Shown here one piece after another: positions 1 to 14,146 of a stretch of DNA of 64,000 bases. Each line of letters starts with the position of its first letter. Position 1 is the stretch's first letter. Position numbers and translations under genes: made by a program. Below the pieces are notes generated by a model that was given only the letters and a program-made list of their open reading frames with translations, did not search any database and had not been told where the DNA came from. This stretch comes from Trichinella spiralis (lineage: Eukaryota), in the NCBI RefSeq assembly GCF_000181795.1, contig NW_003526943.1, forward strand, positions 5,158,588 to 5,222,587. Direction: 5' to 3'.

Positions 1-2056
<2,056 letters not shown>

Positions 2057-2171
2057 TTTCTCTAGCTTATTAATGCAGTTTACTAAAAATGAGCAAAAAT
2101 ATAAATATACACTAATAAAATCGGTAAAAAACAAACAAACAAAATTAAAACCATATATAAATAAAATAAAA

Positions 2172-2237
2172 TATACTATACTATACTATACTATACTATA
2201 ATATAATATAATATAATATAATATAATATAATATAAT
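2172..2237. repeat. Compound pentanucleotide microsatellite (TATAC)n/(TATAA)n
   Basis: Directly visible tandem units upstream of the ISWI start codon. Confidence 0.9.
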
Positions 2238-3561
2238 ATTAAAAACAAACATTAAATAAAAACATACACGTCAGTTACTACCAGAAGCGAATGTAAAATA
2301 TTTTGAAAAAAATCTAACCAAGAAGGAAGTAAGAAACTTTTCAATAAAAATCAAAAACTTATCATAATGCAGGACCAGAAAATTAATCAGCAAAAAAACG
2401 TAAAAAATAAAACTGTTAACGTAATTACGTTAAAATTTTCCATTTTATTGCTTATAGGCATCTATTAATAAATTTCTAAAATAATTCTAATAGACATATA
2501 TGCCGAAAAACAAACAAGCTCGAATAAAGATGTTATTAAAATTTTGAATAATAAAAAATACACTTACACGAGTAATTCTAGAAAAACAAATCAAAGTAAA
2601 TCAAATTTCAAATTGACAATTAGATCAAAATACAGTATTAACCTAAATCATTTAATAAAAGTAAGTACATATTTGAAATTAATATATTATTATAAACCTA
2701 ATTCAATAAAGAAGTATTATAATGTTAAAATTATAAATTTACCTTTAATTTAAACATAAAAATAAATTTATCTGCTTAAAAATAAATAAAATATTCTTAC
2801 AAAAATGTCTAGCATACTGTATCATAAATCATAAAGCATACTGAAATCAGCAAAATTAATTATCAGCATAGAACAGTAAATTTTTGAAAAAAGGTTCAGT
2901 TCATCTGTGGTACACATGTGGAAAATAAAAAATAATATTCACAAGTCATATGACCTAATAATTTATTAATATATAAATTAACCTGAGCTGAGCCTAATTT
3001 TTCTTTTAATCCGGCATTTAAAATTTTGTTTCAAACAAATGTCTTCAAGATACAGACTTCAAATGTCTACCGCACTAGTGATATGAAAATGTTTTTTTCA
3101 CCCTTTAATGCAGTTTTTTCCAAAAAAATAATGAAGTAGATTAAAATTTTAAGTATGCAGTAACATGTAGGTAAGTGTTTTTGTAAAGTAATACAGTAAA
3201 ATAGGTATTACTTTTAACTGACTAATTATGATATTCCATGAAACTAATTCATCTAGTATGATCCTTTATATTAAACATAAGAACACCTATTCTGAAGCTT
3301 TCAGTTCATTTAGTGCTTCATTTTATTGTCATTTTTTACGGCTGTCAAAGCAAAAATTTTACAGTAGAACTGAAATAGAAACCATTTCTTTGAGTTAAGC
3401 CAAACACTGAAAAATTGCTTGCATTTAACTAAGCAATCTAGGAAAATATCTCAACCAACAAAGATGAATGTTTTGCAGTGTTTAATGGTCAATACTAATT
3501 TTGTTGGTTTTTTCACAGTATGCTGTTGAAACTGTTTTCGGTTCTTTCGGTTTTTTAATTT

Positions 3562-4890
3562 TGTAGAAAATGTCAATATATAGTAAGCGCTGTACCTGAG
3601 TGTTCTTATATACAGTATCCTTGTTTTTATCTAGTATTATCATTGTTGTCTGTTTTCCTACGATCTGCACGCATTCTTTCTTTCTCTCTTTTCTGACTGG
3701 TTGGTATCATCTACGACAATTGGTGACTCGTGAGTGATGCCTGAAGCGCAACGCGCAAACGAAAGGCCAGCGCATTCTGCAAGCGCTGACGAACGAGGAG
3801 CTGAGCGACGACAAACCGTCGCAGTTCCTACGTCGGATACAACGACTTCTCGGCGGAGCTTCAGATAACGTAGCTAGACAGTTATTCCTCAGAAAACTTC
3901 CGTTGCCCATTCGCACTGGCCTCGCACCCTTCCAAGATCGCCCGTTGACGGAACAGGCAGAACTGGCTGACCAAATAGCAGCACTCCAACCCACGACAAC
4001 GATCAACGCTGTCAGCTCGGACATCAGCAGCTTCGCAAGCCGATTGGAACGCTTGGAATCGCCTTATATGAATTCTTACAATGCTGCGACCAACCGGTGG
4101 ATGACCACCGCCATCCAGAAAGCAGTCGCTCACCGACGCCGATTCTTATCCCCATCTCGACCAGGTTAGGTCATTGACTAGTATTGACCAAGATCACTTC
4201 CTAAATTTTTGTCTAAAATGAGTCCTTATTCACCATCTGGTCCTGTCATATTTCTGCATCCGACTCTTCTTAATTATTATAAGCTAGTTGAGACTTCAAC
4301 GTCACCACAGATATCGACTTCTCATTGTTTTATGGAGATATTCGGAAAGCATCTGTGATTGTCAATGCGACCAACGACGTTATTGATAACGTCAAAATAG
4401 AAGATGTGGCTCTGAAGCTCGATCTTACTGAACGTATTTCAAGTACGAGCTTATCATGTTATCTATTCATAAAAGAATCGGCATCAACTTTTTCCCCATT
4501 CCCAAGCACCCAAGATTCAACCTGTTTTTATCACCTTCGTTTCGGCGACTGAGCCCAAAAGTGCGCCCCACCCTGTTCGTGGGGAAACGACACCGGTGTA
4601 TGACGCTGATGGCCGTCGTGTCACCAAAGATTCCTAGTCATTGTTTGTACACAATGGAAAAAATATCCAAGCGGCGTTTTTTTAATTGGCACCGGCGCGG
4701 CGGTAAGCTTGCTACCGGCTACAGGGTCACAAAAGCAACAAGCGCATGTGGCGTCTAATCAACCAATATTGCAAGCAATTAACGAAATCCCTGTCAGCTA
4801 TCTCGGCATGTTAAACTTCTGCAGACGTTTACTTCCGCACATCGCGACACATTGGCACCCTTGGACGTCATTGCATCGGCGGCAGCATCG
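3562..4890 (+). mobile_element. Degenerate Ty3/gypsy LTR retrotransposon (5' LTR, PBS, gag, protease and RT fragments)
   Basis: TG...CA segment 3562-3718 is followed by TGGTGACTCGTGAGTGAT (13/18 match to the tRNA-Trp PBS TGGTGACCCCGACGTGAT). Gag-like EELSDDKPSQFLRRIQRLLG and CFYHLRFGD, protease-like RRF..IGTGAAVSLL and RT-like YLGMLNFCRRLLPHIA follow. Frameshifted and internally deleted. Confidence 0.8.
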
Positions 4891-5208
4891 ACCAAGCACT
4901 TCCTAAATTTTTGTCTAAAAAGAGTTCTTATCTACTATTTTGTCCTGTCTTATTTCTGCGTTCGACTCCACTTAATTATTATAAGCCAGTTTCTCCTGAG
5001 ACTTCACTTCAGTGTTACCACAGATATCGACTTCTCATTGTTTTATGGAGGTGTTCGAAAAACACCTGTGATTATCAATGCGGCCAGTGACGTTATTGAT
5101 AACGTGAAAATAAAAGATCTGGTTCTGGAGCTCGATCTTATTGAACGTATGACAAGTACGAGCTTGATCATATTATCTATTAGTAAAAGAATCGACATCA
5201 GCTTTTTC
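4186..5208 (+). repeat. Diverged ~310 bp direct repeat pair (4186-4496 and 4890-5208)
   Basis: Both copies begin gaccaag(at)cacttcctaaatttttgtctaaaa, share accacagatatcgacttctcattgttttatggag and end catca(a/g)ctttttcc. Confidence 0.85.
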
Positions 5209-5759
5209 CAAGAGTGGGCAAGTGTATGCTGTAAAGCGATTTATGCCATCTGCAAGACAGAGTGGATTGATGAAATTCTCGATAAGCTGCGCTAGACTAG
5301 CGCTTTGGCAATCACCCAATACGTTTGACGGTACGTTTGATAGCGAATCAGAGTTATCTGTCGCATCCAGGACTGGTCAAATCTGTGGCGTGAAAACCAC
5401 TCTACTACCATATATAGCTGCGCACATCACGGAAGTACGTTTATGCAAATACGACAAAGAACGTTCCTAACGGAGGTTTCTGCGCGCAGTTAGTACTAGT
5501 CAAACCCGGAGGTGATTATGTATGTAAATCTCTGTTTGCTGGAACATTGCCGACGGCACTTCCTGCAAGCAGTGGGTGTTAGTCAACCCGGAAGTAATTT
5601 CTGTATATAAATCTCAATTTTGTGAAGTGTGGATCAATTGCACGGAAGAAAGGCGTTGTCATTACTACACTGTGTTAGTTGTTCAGTTTCGGGTACTGCG
5701 CTTCAACAATTACGTTGTGAGTGACTACCCTTATACCATAGTAGTTTTGGTCTATTGGG

Positions 5760-7393
5760 TCTACGGTTTATGGTCCTCCGAGTCGTATCGGCTGTACTAG
5801 TGGCGAAGCTACCAACGTTCAAATGGATCAGGTCATAAAGAGTGCGCAAGATGCGGCTGGGACGCTTGAAAGGAAGCTTCTGCAAGAGTTCCTGTCGAGA
5901 GAAGCCATCGAAAAGTATCGAGGTGAGCTTGTTCGTTTGCTCTGTCAAGGGGACAAATTGAAAACACTGCGTCATGGTACCCATTCTTTGGTTGAATGGG
6001 AGCAGTGTACTAATTTGATGCGGGAACAAGTCGGTGCTGCAGGCGAATGGCTTCGACAGAAATGTCAGGTGTCGACAGAGTTTTTGGGAGGCCATAGTGA
6101 CTCTACGTCCGCTGTCGCAGGCAGTTTTGATGGCCTTTCTGGGGCTACAGAAAGCTCTGAGAGTTGTTTACTGGAAGCAGATGCCGGGGTTCAATCCACA
6201 CGAACTTGGATGTGGACGCAGTCTTGTCTTCTGATACTCATGCAGATGACTGCACCCCTGATAATGATATCTTGTGATGGAGAAGGAAAATTCTCTCAAG
6301 CGACGGGCAGCAGAGGAATTGAAGACCATTCAGCAAATTTACCACGAAGAAGCGAGCAGTGCATCTGCTGATTTGGAAACTGCTGGTATAAATGTGTTAA
6401 AACGACGATGTACAGGAAACGGGCGCAAAAATTTCCGAGACTTTCGCCAACTCGCCTGCAGCTGGAGATTCCACCCCAATGGTGAATGACGAAGTCTGAT
6501 CGCCGTTTTTTATTGTATAATAATGTATATAATTCCATTTTAATATTCTGTACGGAAGAAAATTCATCAATTTTATCTGAACATTCTGTCTGGTCCATGG
6601 ATGGAACTTTCAAAATAGTTTCAGAATGGTACCAGCAGATGTTCACCATCCATGTTTTTATTGCGGGTAAATTAGTGCCGCTTGTGTATTGTTTAACCGT
6701 CCAAAAAGATCTCTCCACGTATCGTGAAATTTTCGATCATTTAATTTTTAAGACGGCAGCGTTGGGGGTGGTCCTTCAGTCGCAAACAGTAATTTGCGAT
6801 TTTGAGCCCTGATCCCTGCACTGCAGGGGACATTTCCGGGGGTCCACATATACGGTACACATACTGCGGAAGGTGACGGATCTTGGGATGCAAACCAGCT
6901 ACATCCATGAAGAAAAAAAGTCAAAATGTTGCTGGAAACGGCTTTTTTGCCACTTCCTGATGTAGTTGCAGCCGTGGAACTGCTTGGCAGAGATGCTACG
7001 GGTTCAGTAGAAGCTTTGTTCAATTATTTTCGAGTGGAATAGATGCCCTATGACAGACTGCCTCTGTGGAATGTATATAATGTAAATATTCGCACGAACA
7101 ATGATTTGAAAGGCTGGCACTTCAAAATGAACCGACTTGCGGGGAAGCGACACCTCGGCTTTTATGAACTTCTCCAGTTGCTTATCGATGAGCAGGGTTC
7201 AACGGAAACGTTGAATCAGCAGGTAACATCAGGACGCGTTACCGCCCGTGATTTACAGATAAAAAATAAGAAATATGAAGAACTGCAGCAACGCATAACA
7301 GCGTTGACTGCAGAATACAATGGCGGTACGCGTACAATGGAGCAGTTCTTAAGAGCTGTGGCGTACCTAGTACCCAAGGCGGAGAATTATTGA
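5760..7393 (+). mobile_element. Degenerate Mutator-like (MULE) transposase, probably with a FLYWCH-type N-terminus
   Basis: WSMDGTFK...QMFTIHVF...LVPLVYCL...TYREIF...VICDFE (MULE DDE domain) and RTNNDLKGWHFKMN. Broken by stops and frameshifts; no TIRs found. Confidence 0.85.
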
Positions 7394-7881
7394 GTGCCAT
7401 CTTTTCCTGTACAACTGCATTGTTTATTTTTATTTACTCTTGTACAGATTTTTATTGCTTTTCTATTGTATGATGTTGTTTTGTTTTATTATATTGTTCG
7501 TTTGTATTGTATTGTATTGTATTATGTTATATTGTTGTTTTGTATTACTTTGTACTGTTCAATAAACTGTTTAAGTACGATAGGTCAGGAGATTCTGTGC
7601 TATCCAAAATAAATTGTCTGATTAATGTCTTCTCACATAAATAAAACCATGACCTACGCATTTAACTCTATGTAAAAATCAGAACATTCCAATGAGTATG
7701 GAAACAAAAATACCGCCTTTCTCTTCCATAGGTGATATTTACATTAATACAATATAAAAAACGCCGTTTTGCTCCAGTCTGTATTGTATTGTATTTTTTT
7801 TTATTTTTTCATCGTAATTTCATTCTCTTACTTTTCTCAATCTGAGAACAACAGAATTATTATAAAACAGTCAAAAGGTTA

Positions 7882-8070
7882 GAAATAAAATTTGACAAAT
7901 AGAATGAAATAAAATTTGACAAATAGAATGAAATAATATTTGACAAATAAAATGCAGAGAAGTGACAACAAATGAAATTTAGAGGCGCGCGTCAGAGCAG
8001 CAACCAATGAAATTTTACTGCGAAAAAGTAGGCGGAGTCAGGAGGGAAATCGGTACTAGACCATAATTAT
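7882..8070 (+). repeat. Three 24-bp tandem units (gaaataaaatttgacaaatagaat) leading into a dispersed repeat shared with 61.6-62.4 kb
   Basis: Units at 7882, 7906 and 7930. The motifs aaaatttgacaaatag, tgacaac.aat.aaa and aaccaatgaaattt recur at 62245-62370. Confidence 0.75.
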
Positions 8071-9935
8071 TGTAAAAATTAAAATTAAAGTTTTTTATTG
8101 CATAATCTTGGAAAATGTAAAAAACTTTCTGCATACATAAGATGCATTTGAGGGACGTCCTTTGTTGGAAATTATTCGGTAGCGAACCTATTGGCTCTGT
8201 ACCTGAATTCAGGTTACGGTGTTTACGGTAAAGTAGTGTTGCTGAGTTGGAAGGGAGGAGTGCGTGAAAAGAGAAAATGGTCATTGATAGACGTTCTGTT
8301 TTGTGTTTGCATTAATATATTGTGTTGTGAGTTAACCTTGCATATTTTTATCTGTTCCTAAGCTTTCACCTTCTTTTAACAAAGTGTGTGTTTCTATCCA
8401 TTTGTCCTGCTTGTATCCCGTTCAGAAGCGAACGTGAGTCGGATTGCGGTTAGGTGATCATTGTTGATTTGACCTACCGGCGAATAAAAATTACAGTTCA
8501 CTAGCTTGCAGGCGACAACACTTTTGTCTCTAACATCCTTGATACTGTGATTGGTTATAGTTGGATGATGATAGACCGCATGTTTGGTGACCGCGATGTT
8601 ATGCAGTTGAATTTATGCTATGCAAGTTACAAGACTGTTGTTCACCGAGGCGTTTGTAATTCGGTGTTGTTTTCTGAAAATGTCGAACTGTTACCACCGT
8701 GTTAGTTGGCATTTATTTTATTACTAAAAAATTGTAGAATGCATTTTATACACTTATTGCTTTAATTTTAATTCAGTTTCATGATTCTAACGCGATATGC
8801 ACCTGTTATCTTTGACTTAATCCTTTAATTGCTTAATTTTTAATTTAGTACTAAATTTCAGTTTTTTTAGATTTTTATACCGTCTCTTCAGATCAAAGTA
8901 ATCATCATGTTCAAGTCCAAGTAATCAAGCTCAAGAATAAAGTTATACTTGAGAGATTGCAAATTCAATGACGTTGTGACATCTGAAACAGTTTTTGAAT
9001 ACCGACTATGCTAATGGTTTCGTTTTACCAAACGTTGCCAAGTATACAGAAAGAAATAACCAGTTCATCAATTATCAACGGCTAGCTCCAAGTCAAAACT
9101 TATAACGAGTTGACATTTGGACATCTGAAATAATGGTAAATAATATACTCATATTACTAAAAGTTTTAAAGTATTTTTTTCATATACTATACAGAAGTTT
9201 ATAAAGAAAAATTCACGCGTCAGTGACATTTTTTGTAAACCATGTATAACACAAACATGAGAATTTGTTATGAGATATAAATATTTTAAAAGAAGAAAGG
9301 CATTTTTTGGTTTTTGTGTATTTTGGTATTTATATATGATAATTAGCAGAAATTTTATGTTACTTATTTTTCTAACATAATTTGCGTTGAATTTAATTTA
9401 TTGTATAGTGTATGTTTTGTGTTAAGTTTAAAAATTTATTTGTTTTTAAAGCACAACAATATATTTTTAAAATGAAGCAAAATAATGAAAATGCTGAACA
9501 AATGTGATTTTTTAAAAATAAGTATTAGAAATAAATACTGGCATTTTTATTTGCCTATCCATTCTAAAAGCATGCCCAGGAATCACATATTCCGCTCATA
9601 TTATATTGCTCCAAAATATTACATTTTCACAACTGAATGCAGATTTTAAGCTCGTTCAATTATTTACAAATTCAGATTTTTTATTTATCGTATGTAAATA
9701 TTTATTGTTCTGGTTTTATTTAAGGTGCGTAATAAAGGAGTGTTTATATTCTCTAAAATCTTGTGGATGAAGAGAACTGGTATTTTTTTTATTAGAAAAA
9801 GCATACAGATCAACGATTTCAAGCAAATATAATTAGAAAAGGAATTTTTCTTAGAAGAAATGTTAGTTGGTAGAGAATGAATATTCTTTTGGAAAAAAAA
9901 AAGAAATCCAGCCTCCTAATTTGAATACTCTAAAG

Positions 9936-10545
9936 CAGTGGTTCTCAAACTGTGGGTCGCGACCGATTAGTGAGTTGTACGACGAATTTTAGTGGATCGC
10001 GGCTTCCGAAGCACGAAAATCCACAACATTGTTGTGAATGTGAACTGATTAAGTATATAGAGACTTGTAATGACAACACAATACCAAGCTAATGTATAAC
10101 GCACACGAGATTACACACACAGGTTAACAATGCACACAGAGCGAAGGCGGAAACATCTACGCACGGACACTGGTGACGTGAAACTACTGTAATATGTTCC
10201 TGCGCGTTCTTTTTGTAGATACTTTGATCGCATAGGATCACAATACATTACAAACATGCTGGATGGCTTTATAAAAGACGAAGGTCTGAACTGGAGTAAA
10301 TGCGTCTAAATCTGTTCTCACGGCGCCTGGGCCATGTGCTTTATGCCGTGATAAAGGAAACCCATCCTTCGCATGTGTTTCATTACGAATAATGAATATG
10401 TTAATGAAATTTAGTTCATAATTTTGATTTGATAACACCGAATGATCGAAGCTAGTCAGCCTTTTGTATTATTGGAGCTACCTGGGCCGTGAAAACTTGT
10501 TGTTTAAAAAGTGGATCACGTTCCACAGAATTTTGGGAACCACTG
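9936..10545. mobile_element. Non-autonomous hAT (Buster/Charlie-like) MITE
   Basis: TIRs CAGTGGTTCTCAAA ... TTTGGGAACCACTG. Left flank ctcTAaag fits the nnnTAnnn target; the right flank (cttttagag) is only an imperfect TSD. No ORF inside. Confidence 0.85.
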
Positions 10546-10599
10546 CTTTTAGAGAATAAACTATCATCTATTTCTCAAATTTTTGACTGGTGAGCTCAA

Positions 10600-11760
10600 G
10601 CTTCTGCCGAATAAAGGTGAAGAGGGTTGCCTGCAGAACGCGATGAAGTTACAAACTCAGGATTGTAGTTCATTGCAATTCTAGAGACCACATACATAAA
10701 GTTGTGAAGACTTTCGCATTTATGGGCAATTTAATGGAATATTGTACTTGCTTACTGTCATACTGTGAAGATAGTACGCGTTATTGTTCTTTGTATGCAA
10801 ATTCATTTCGAGTTTTGGAAAATGGAAGAAGGACCTGTAGAGAAATTACGGCATGTTGAAATAATATTTTTCTGATAATGCATTTTAATGTTGTGAAATC
10901 TGAAACAGAATGGTGTTGATACGCAGATTGCGTTCGCTAATTTTTCGGAAATTCGGCGTCTGTATATCACCCAAAATGGAAAATTCTCTCTGATGGTAAG
11001 CAATTACGTTTTTATATAAAAAATTTGTGATTTTTTCATGTTTTTACTGATTAGTATTAGGTTTCTTTGAAGAGTGCTTTCTTCTTTATCCATGCTGCTC
11101 ATAAACCCTGCAACCTATTTAGTAGTGGTCTCGCCACAATGATGATAGAAATTGAAGCAGAAAACTCTAGTAACAGGAAGAAGATTCTCGTTCACACACT
11201 GCGCTCAAAACGTTCAAAAGGATAAGCACTCATCCATTTCTCTGGTCTTATGTTGGTTGTTCGTGAACTCAGTGAATTCTTTTGACCAGAGGAGTGATTA
11301 ATTGGAAATGCAAATAAATGGTTACGGAAACTAGCAGCTCACTTCATTATTGTAATGAAAATCAATTTTAAACCAACTTCTGCAATGGTCTCCTGATATT
11401 AGTGAAATTAGGTCCATTTGTCTTGCTGTAATCACGAGAGGAATGTTGTAGCAAATATGGACTGTGCTCAAAGTGTTTCAAAGAATAGACGATCATGGAT
11501 GGAATTCGACAATCTCGTATTGAACTTAGTTTGAATTTAGCGGATACGTTTTCCCAGAGAAAGTGTTGAGTGAAGATGCCAAAGTTTTGTTGGAGACAGA
11601 ATCTGCGACGAAGCTACAAAATCGTCAGCTCGTTCTAATCAGTATTCTAAAGACCGTGACGAACCTCTCTCAATCAGTGGTGCATTATTGATGAGAGAAA
11701 TGAAGGAGATGATTGTGGAAAAAGAAAAAAACTATTTTTACAGTTTCTGCAACTTCTTTA
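10600..11760 (+). pseudogene. Heavily decayed coding-like sequence, possibly a hAT transposase relic
   Basis: Higher GC than flanks and many stops. Weak peptide fragments (FFIHAAHKPCNL, SPKWKIL) resemble hAT CxAHxLNL and SxKRW motifs. Confidence 0.3.
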
Positions 11761-12787
11761 AAAAGTAGCTATTGTCAAAAATTGCAGTGCGTAGGATTGA
11801 ATAAATGACATTTTGCATTTGCCGTTTTGTTTTTGGTTTTGGAATCATAGTGCACAAGGATCATTGAAAGTAGTGTAGGTTAATTTTTATTTTCAGTTTA
11901 AATTACTTTTGAGATAATAATCAAATTTACATTCTTTTTTCTTTGTAATGATGCTGAACTATTTTATTAAACAGCCTGTGGTTAAAGGTTTGATTGAGTA
12001 GTTTCTTAGTGCTATAGTCTATTTTTACACCTGAACTAGTGATTTAGTAGTACTGTATAGTTTTAATGTTACATAATTTTAGAAAATGCATTTTTAATAG
12101 CAAATGCGAAATAAAAGCAGAATGCATGTGCATTCAGTGATTAGTTGGAACATCTACAACTGAATTAAAGTTCACTACTACTAAAAGTATTTGCATAATT
12201 TTAAGCAAATTAGCGGTTGCTAGCTCTAAATTTATGTACAAATGGCTGTTTTGTTACAAAAAAGTAGAAGCTACGTCATGTGACACTATATTTTGTGTTC
12301 AGGCATTAGTAAGGAACTAATTTTAAAAATGTACATCACAGTAATTACTAAATTTTGAGCTTTTAAAATTAAAAAGTGAAAAGTTTTACTTTGGTAATTT
12401 TTTAAGATAGAATGAATTTTTTAATATGTTAAATATAAGTGTAGATCACTTTTTGCTTCACACTTTTTGCTTTAACAGATCATTTTAGTTGTCTACTGTA
12501 GTTAAACTTGATAATATTTTAATACAGTATCCAAAGTGCTGTACTGCGTGTCAGTAATTGTCCGAAGCAGGTGAATATGCACTTTTAGGTTTTTATTTTC
12601 TTATTCTTCACAAATGTAACGTATTTGAATGTTGTTTATGTAACATGAAGAGTTTTTGTATTTTATTTATATAAATGAGTTTAAAATGGGACTTGTGAAC
12701 AGTTTGTTTGAAATTCATTTTTAATTGAATTTATGCATTTATTTTTTTATTTTATGATTTTAGTTATTGGAAAGGTGAAAAAGAAAA

Positions 12788-14146
12788 ATGGTGCAAGAAG
12801 GGAATGAAAAAAGTGGACATGAAAAGGTTGAGGGACAGAAGAAAACAGGCAGTCAGCCTTTTAGTAAGAACCAGCCTATTGGTCGCGTTCATGTGATGCG
12901 TTTTTCTCGTGCACGAATGTTTGCCAAAAGATGCGTTTATAAATATTTAAAGCCGAAAGTGAAATTAATTAGAATTTTTGAAGGTGTTAGTTTTTACATT
13001 GTTCTTTTTTTTATTACATTAGAAAATTGTACCAAAACTGAGAGATCCTGTTAGTATTTATAAGATTAAACCAGTCGGTGGAGAAAATAATGGAAAAGAA
13101 CGAAAAGTTTTGGTGAAGAAACCTGTAAGTTTTTTTTTCTTATTTTTGCTTTGTTTATTGAATTTAACAATTTAATACTGTTATCTTATTCAGTTTCAAT
13201 ATACCTTTTATTTATTACATTTTGAATTAATTTGCAGTTAAAGCAAATTTGTCAATTTTTATTGTTTGAAATGTGTGTATTTTTAGCCGAAATTAGTGTC
13301 CGTTGTGAAAAGACGAAAGAAACCAAAATTGAGTAAGAATAAGTTTTTCAAGAATCATCCTAAAAAGCTGAAACCATCATTGACTCCTGGAACAATTGTC
13401 ATTTTGTTAGCTGGTCGTCACAAGGGAAAGGTAATTTAAAAAAATAAACAAGACGCATTATCTTTAATTTTTGTACTTTATTTTGTTTGATGTTTTTGTA
13501 TCGAATCAGTAAATTATCGCAGGAGTGAATGCTTTAGCGTATTAAGGTTATTGTGAGATATTCGTTTTGTATTTTTTGTACTTTTTAATTTCATGTTCAT
13601 TTGCTGAAACATCAGGGCGTAATTGAAAATTTTGTTGTTTAGCGTGCGGTGTTTTTAAAGCAATTGGGCAGTGGATTGTTGCTTATAACAGGTAAAAGAT
13701 TTTTATTTAATTGTATTTATTAACTTTTCTTATGCAAAAGGTCCTCACAAGTTGAATGGTTGTCCATTACGCCGAATAAATCAGATTTATGTAATCGGAA
13801 CGAAAACTAAACTAAACATAAAAGACGTTGAAATTCCGGACCATTTGAATGATAGTTATTTTAAACGTATAAAGCAGAAGAAGCGTGTAAACTCAGAGGC
13901 AGATATTTTTGTCACTAAAAAAAAAGTAACAAAAGTGCTTATTAAAAAGTTACGTTATTAATGATTTTTTAATATTATTTTTAGAAGTATGTTGTATCAG
14001 AACAGAGAAAGAAAGATCAGAAAGCTGTAGATAGCATGGTTTTGAATGCTATTCGTAGCAGTGAAGATAAGAAGTATCTGTTTGGCTATCTTGGTTCAAA
14101 CTTTGGTTTGAGGAAAGGCGATTGCCCGCATAAAATGGTGTTCTGA
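12788..14146 (+). CDS. rpl-6: 60S ribosomal protein L6 (eL6), multi-exon
   Basis: [58 protein letters not shown] and C-terminal FGLRKGDCPHKMVF*. GT-AG introns. Confidence 0.96.

Noticed and set aside
7882..7953. CRISPR-like repeat array
   Set aside because: Contiguous tandem 24-mers with no spacers, in a eukaryotic context with no cas genes.
8355..8365. Telomerase RNA template (CCTAAGC)
   Set aside because: Only 7 nt of complementarity, which is expected by chance; no convincing pseudoknot or H/ACA end was identified.
13431..13642. Intronic snoRNA in RPL6
   Set aside because: A weak hairpin exists but no correctly placed H/ACA or C/D boxes could be supported.
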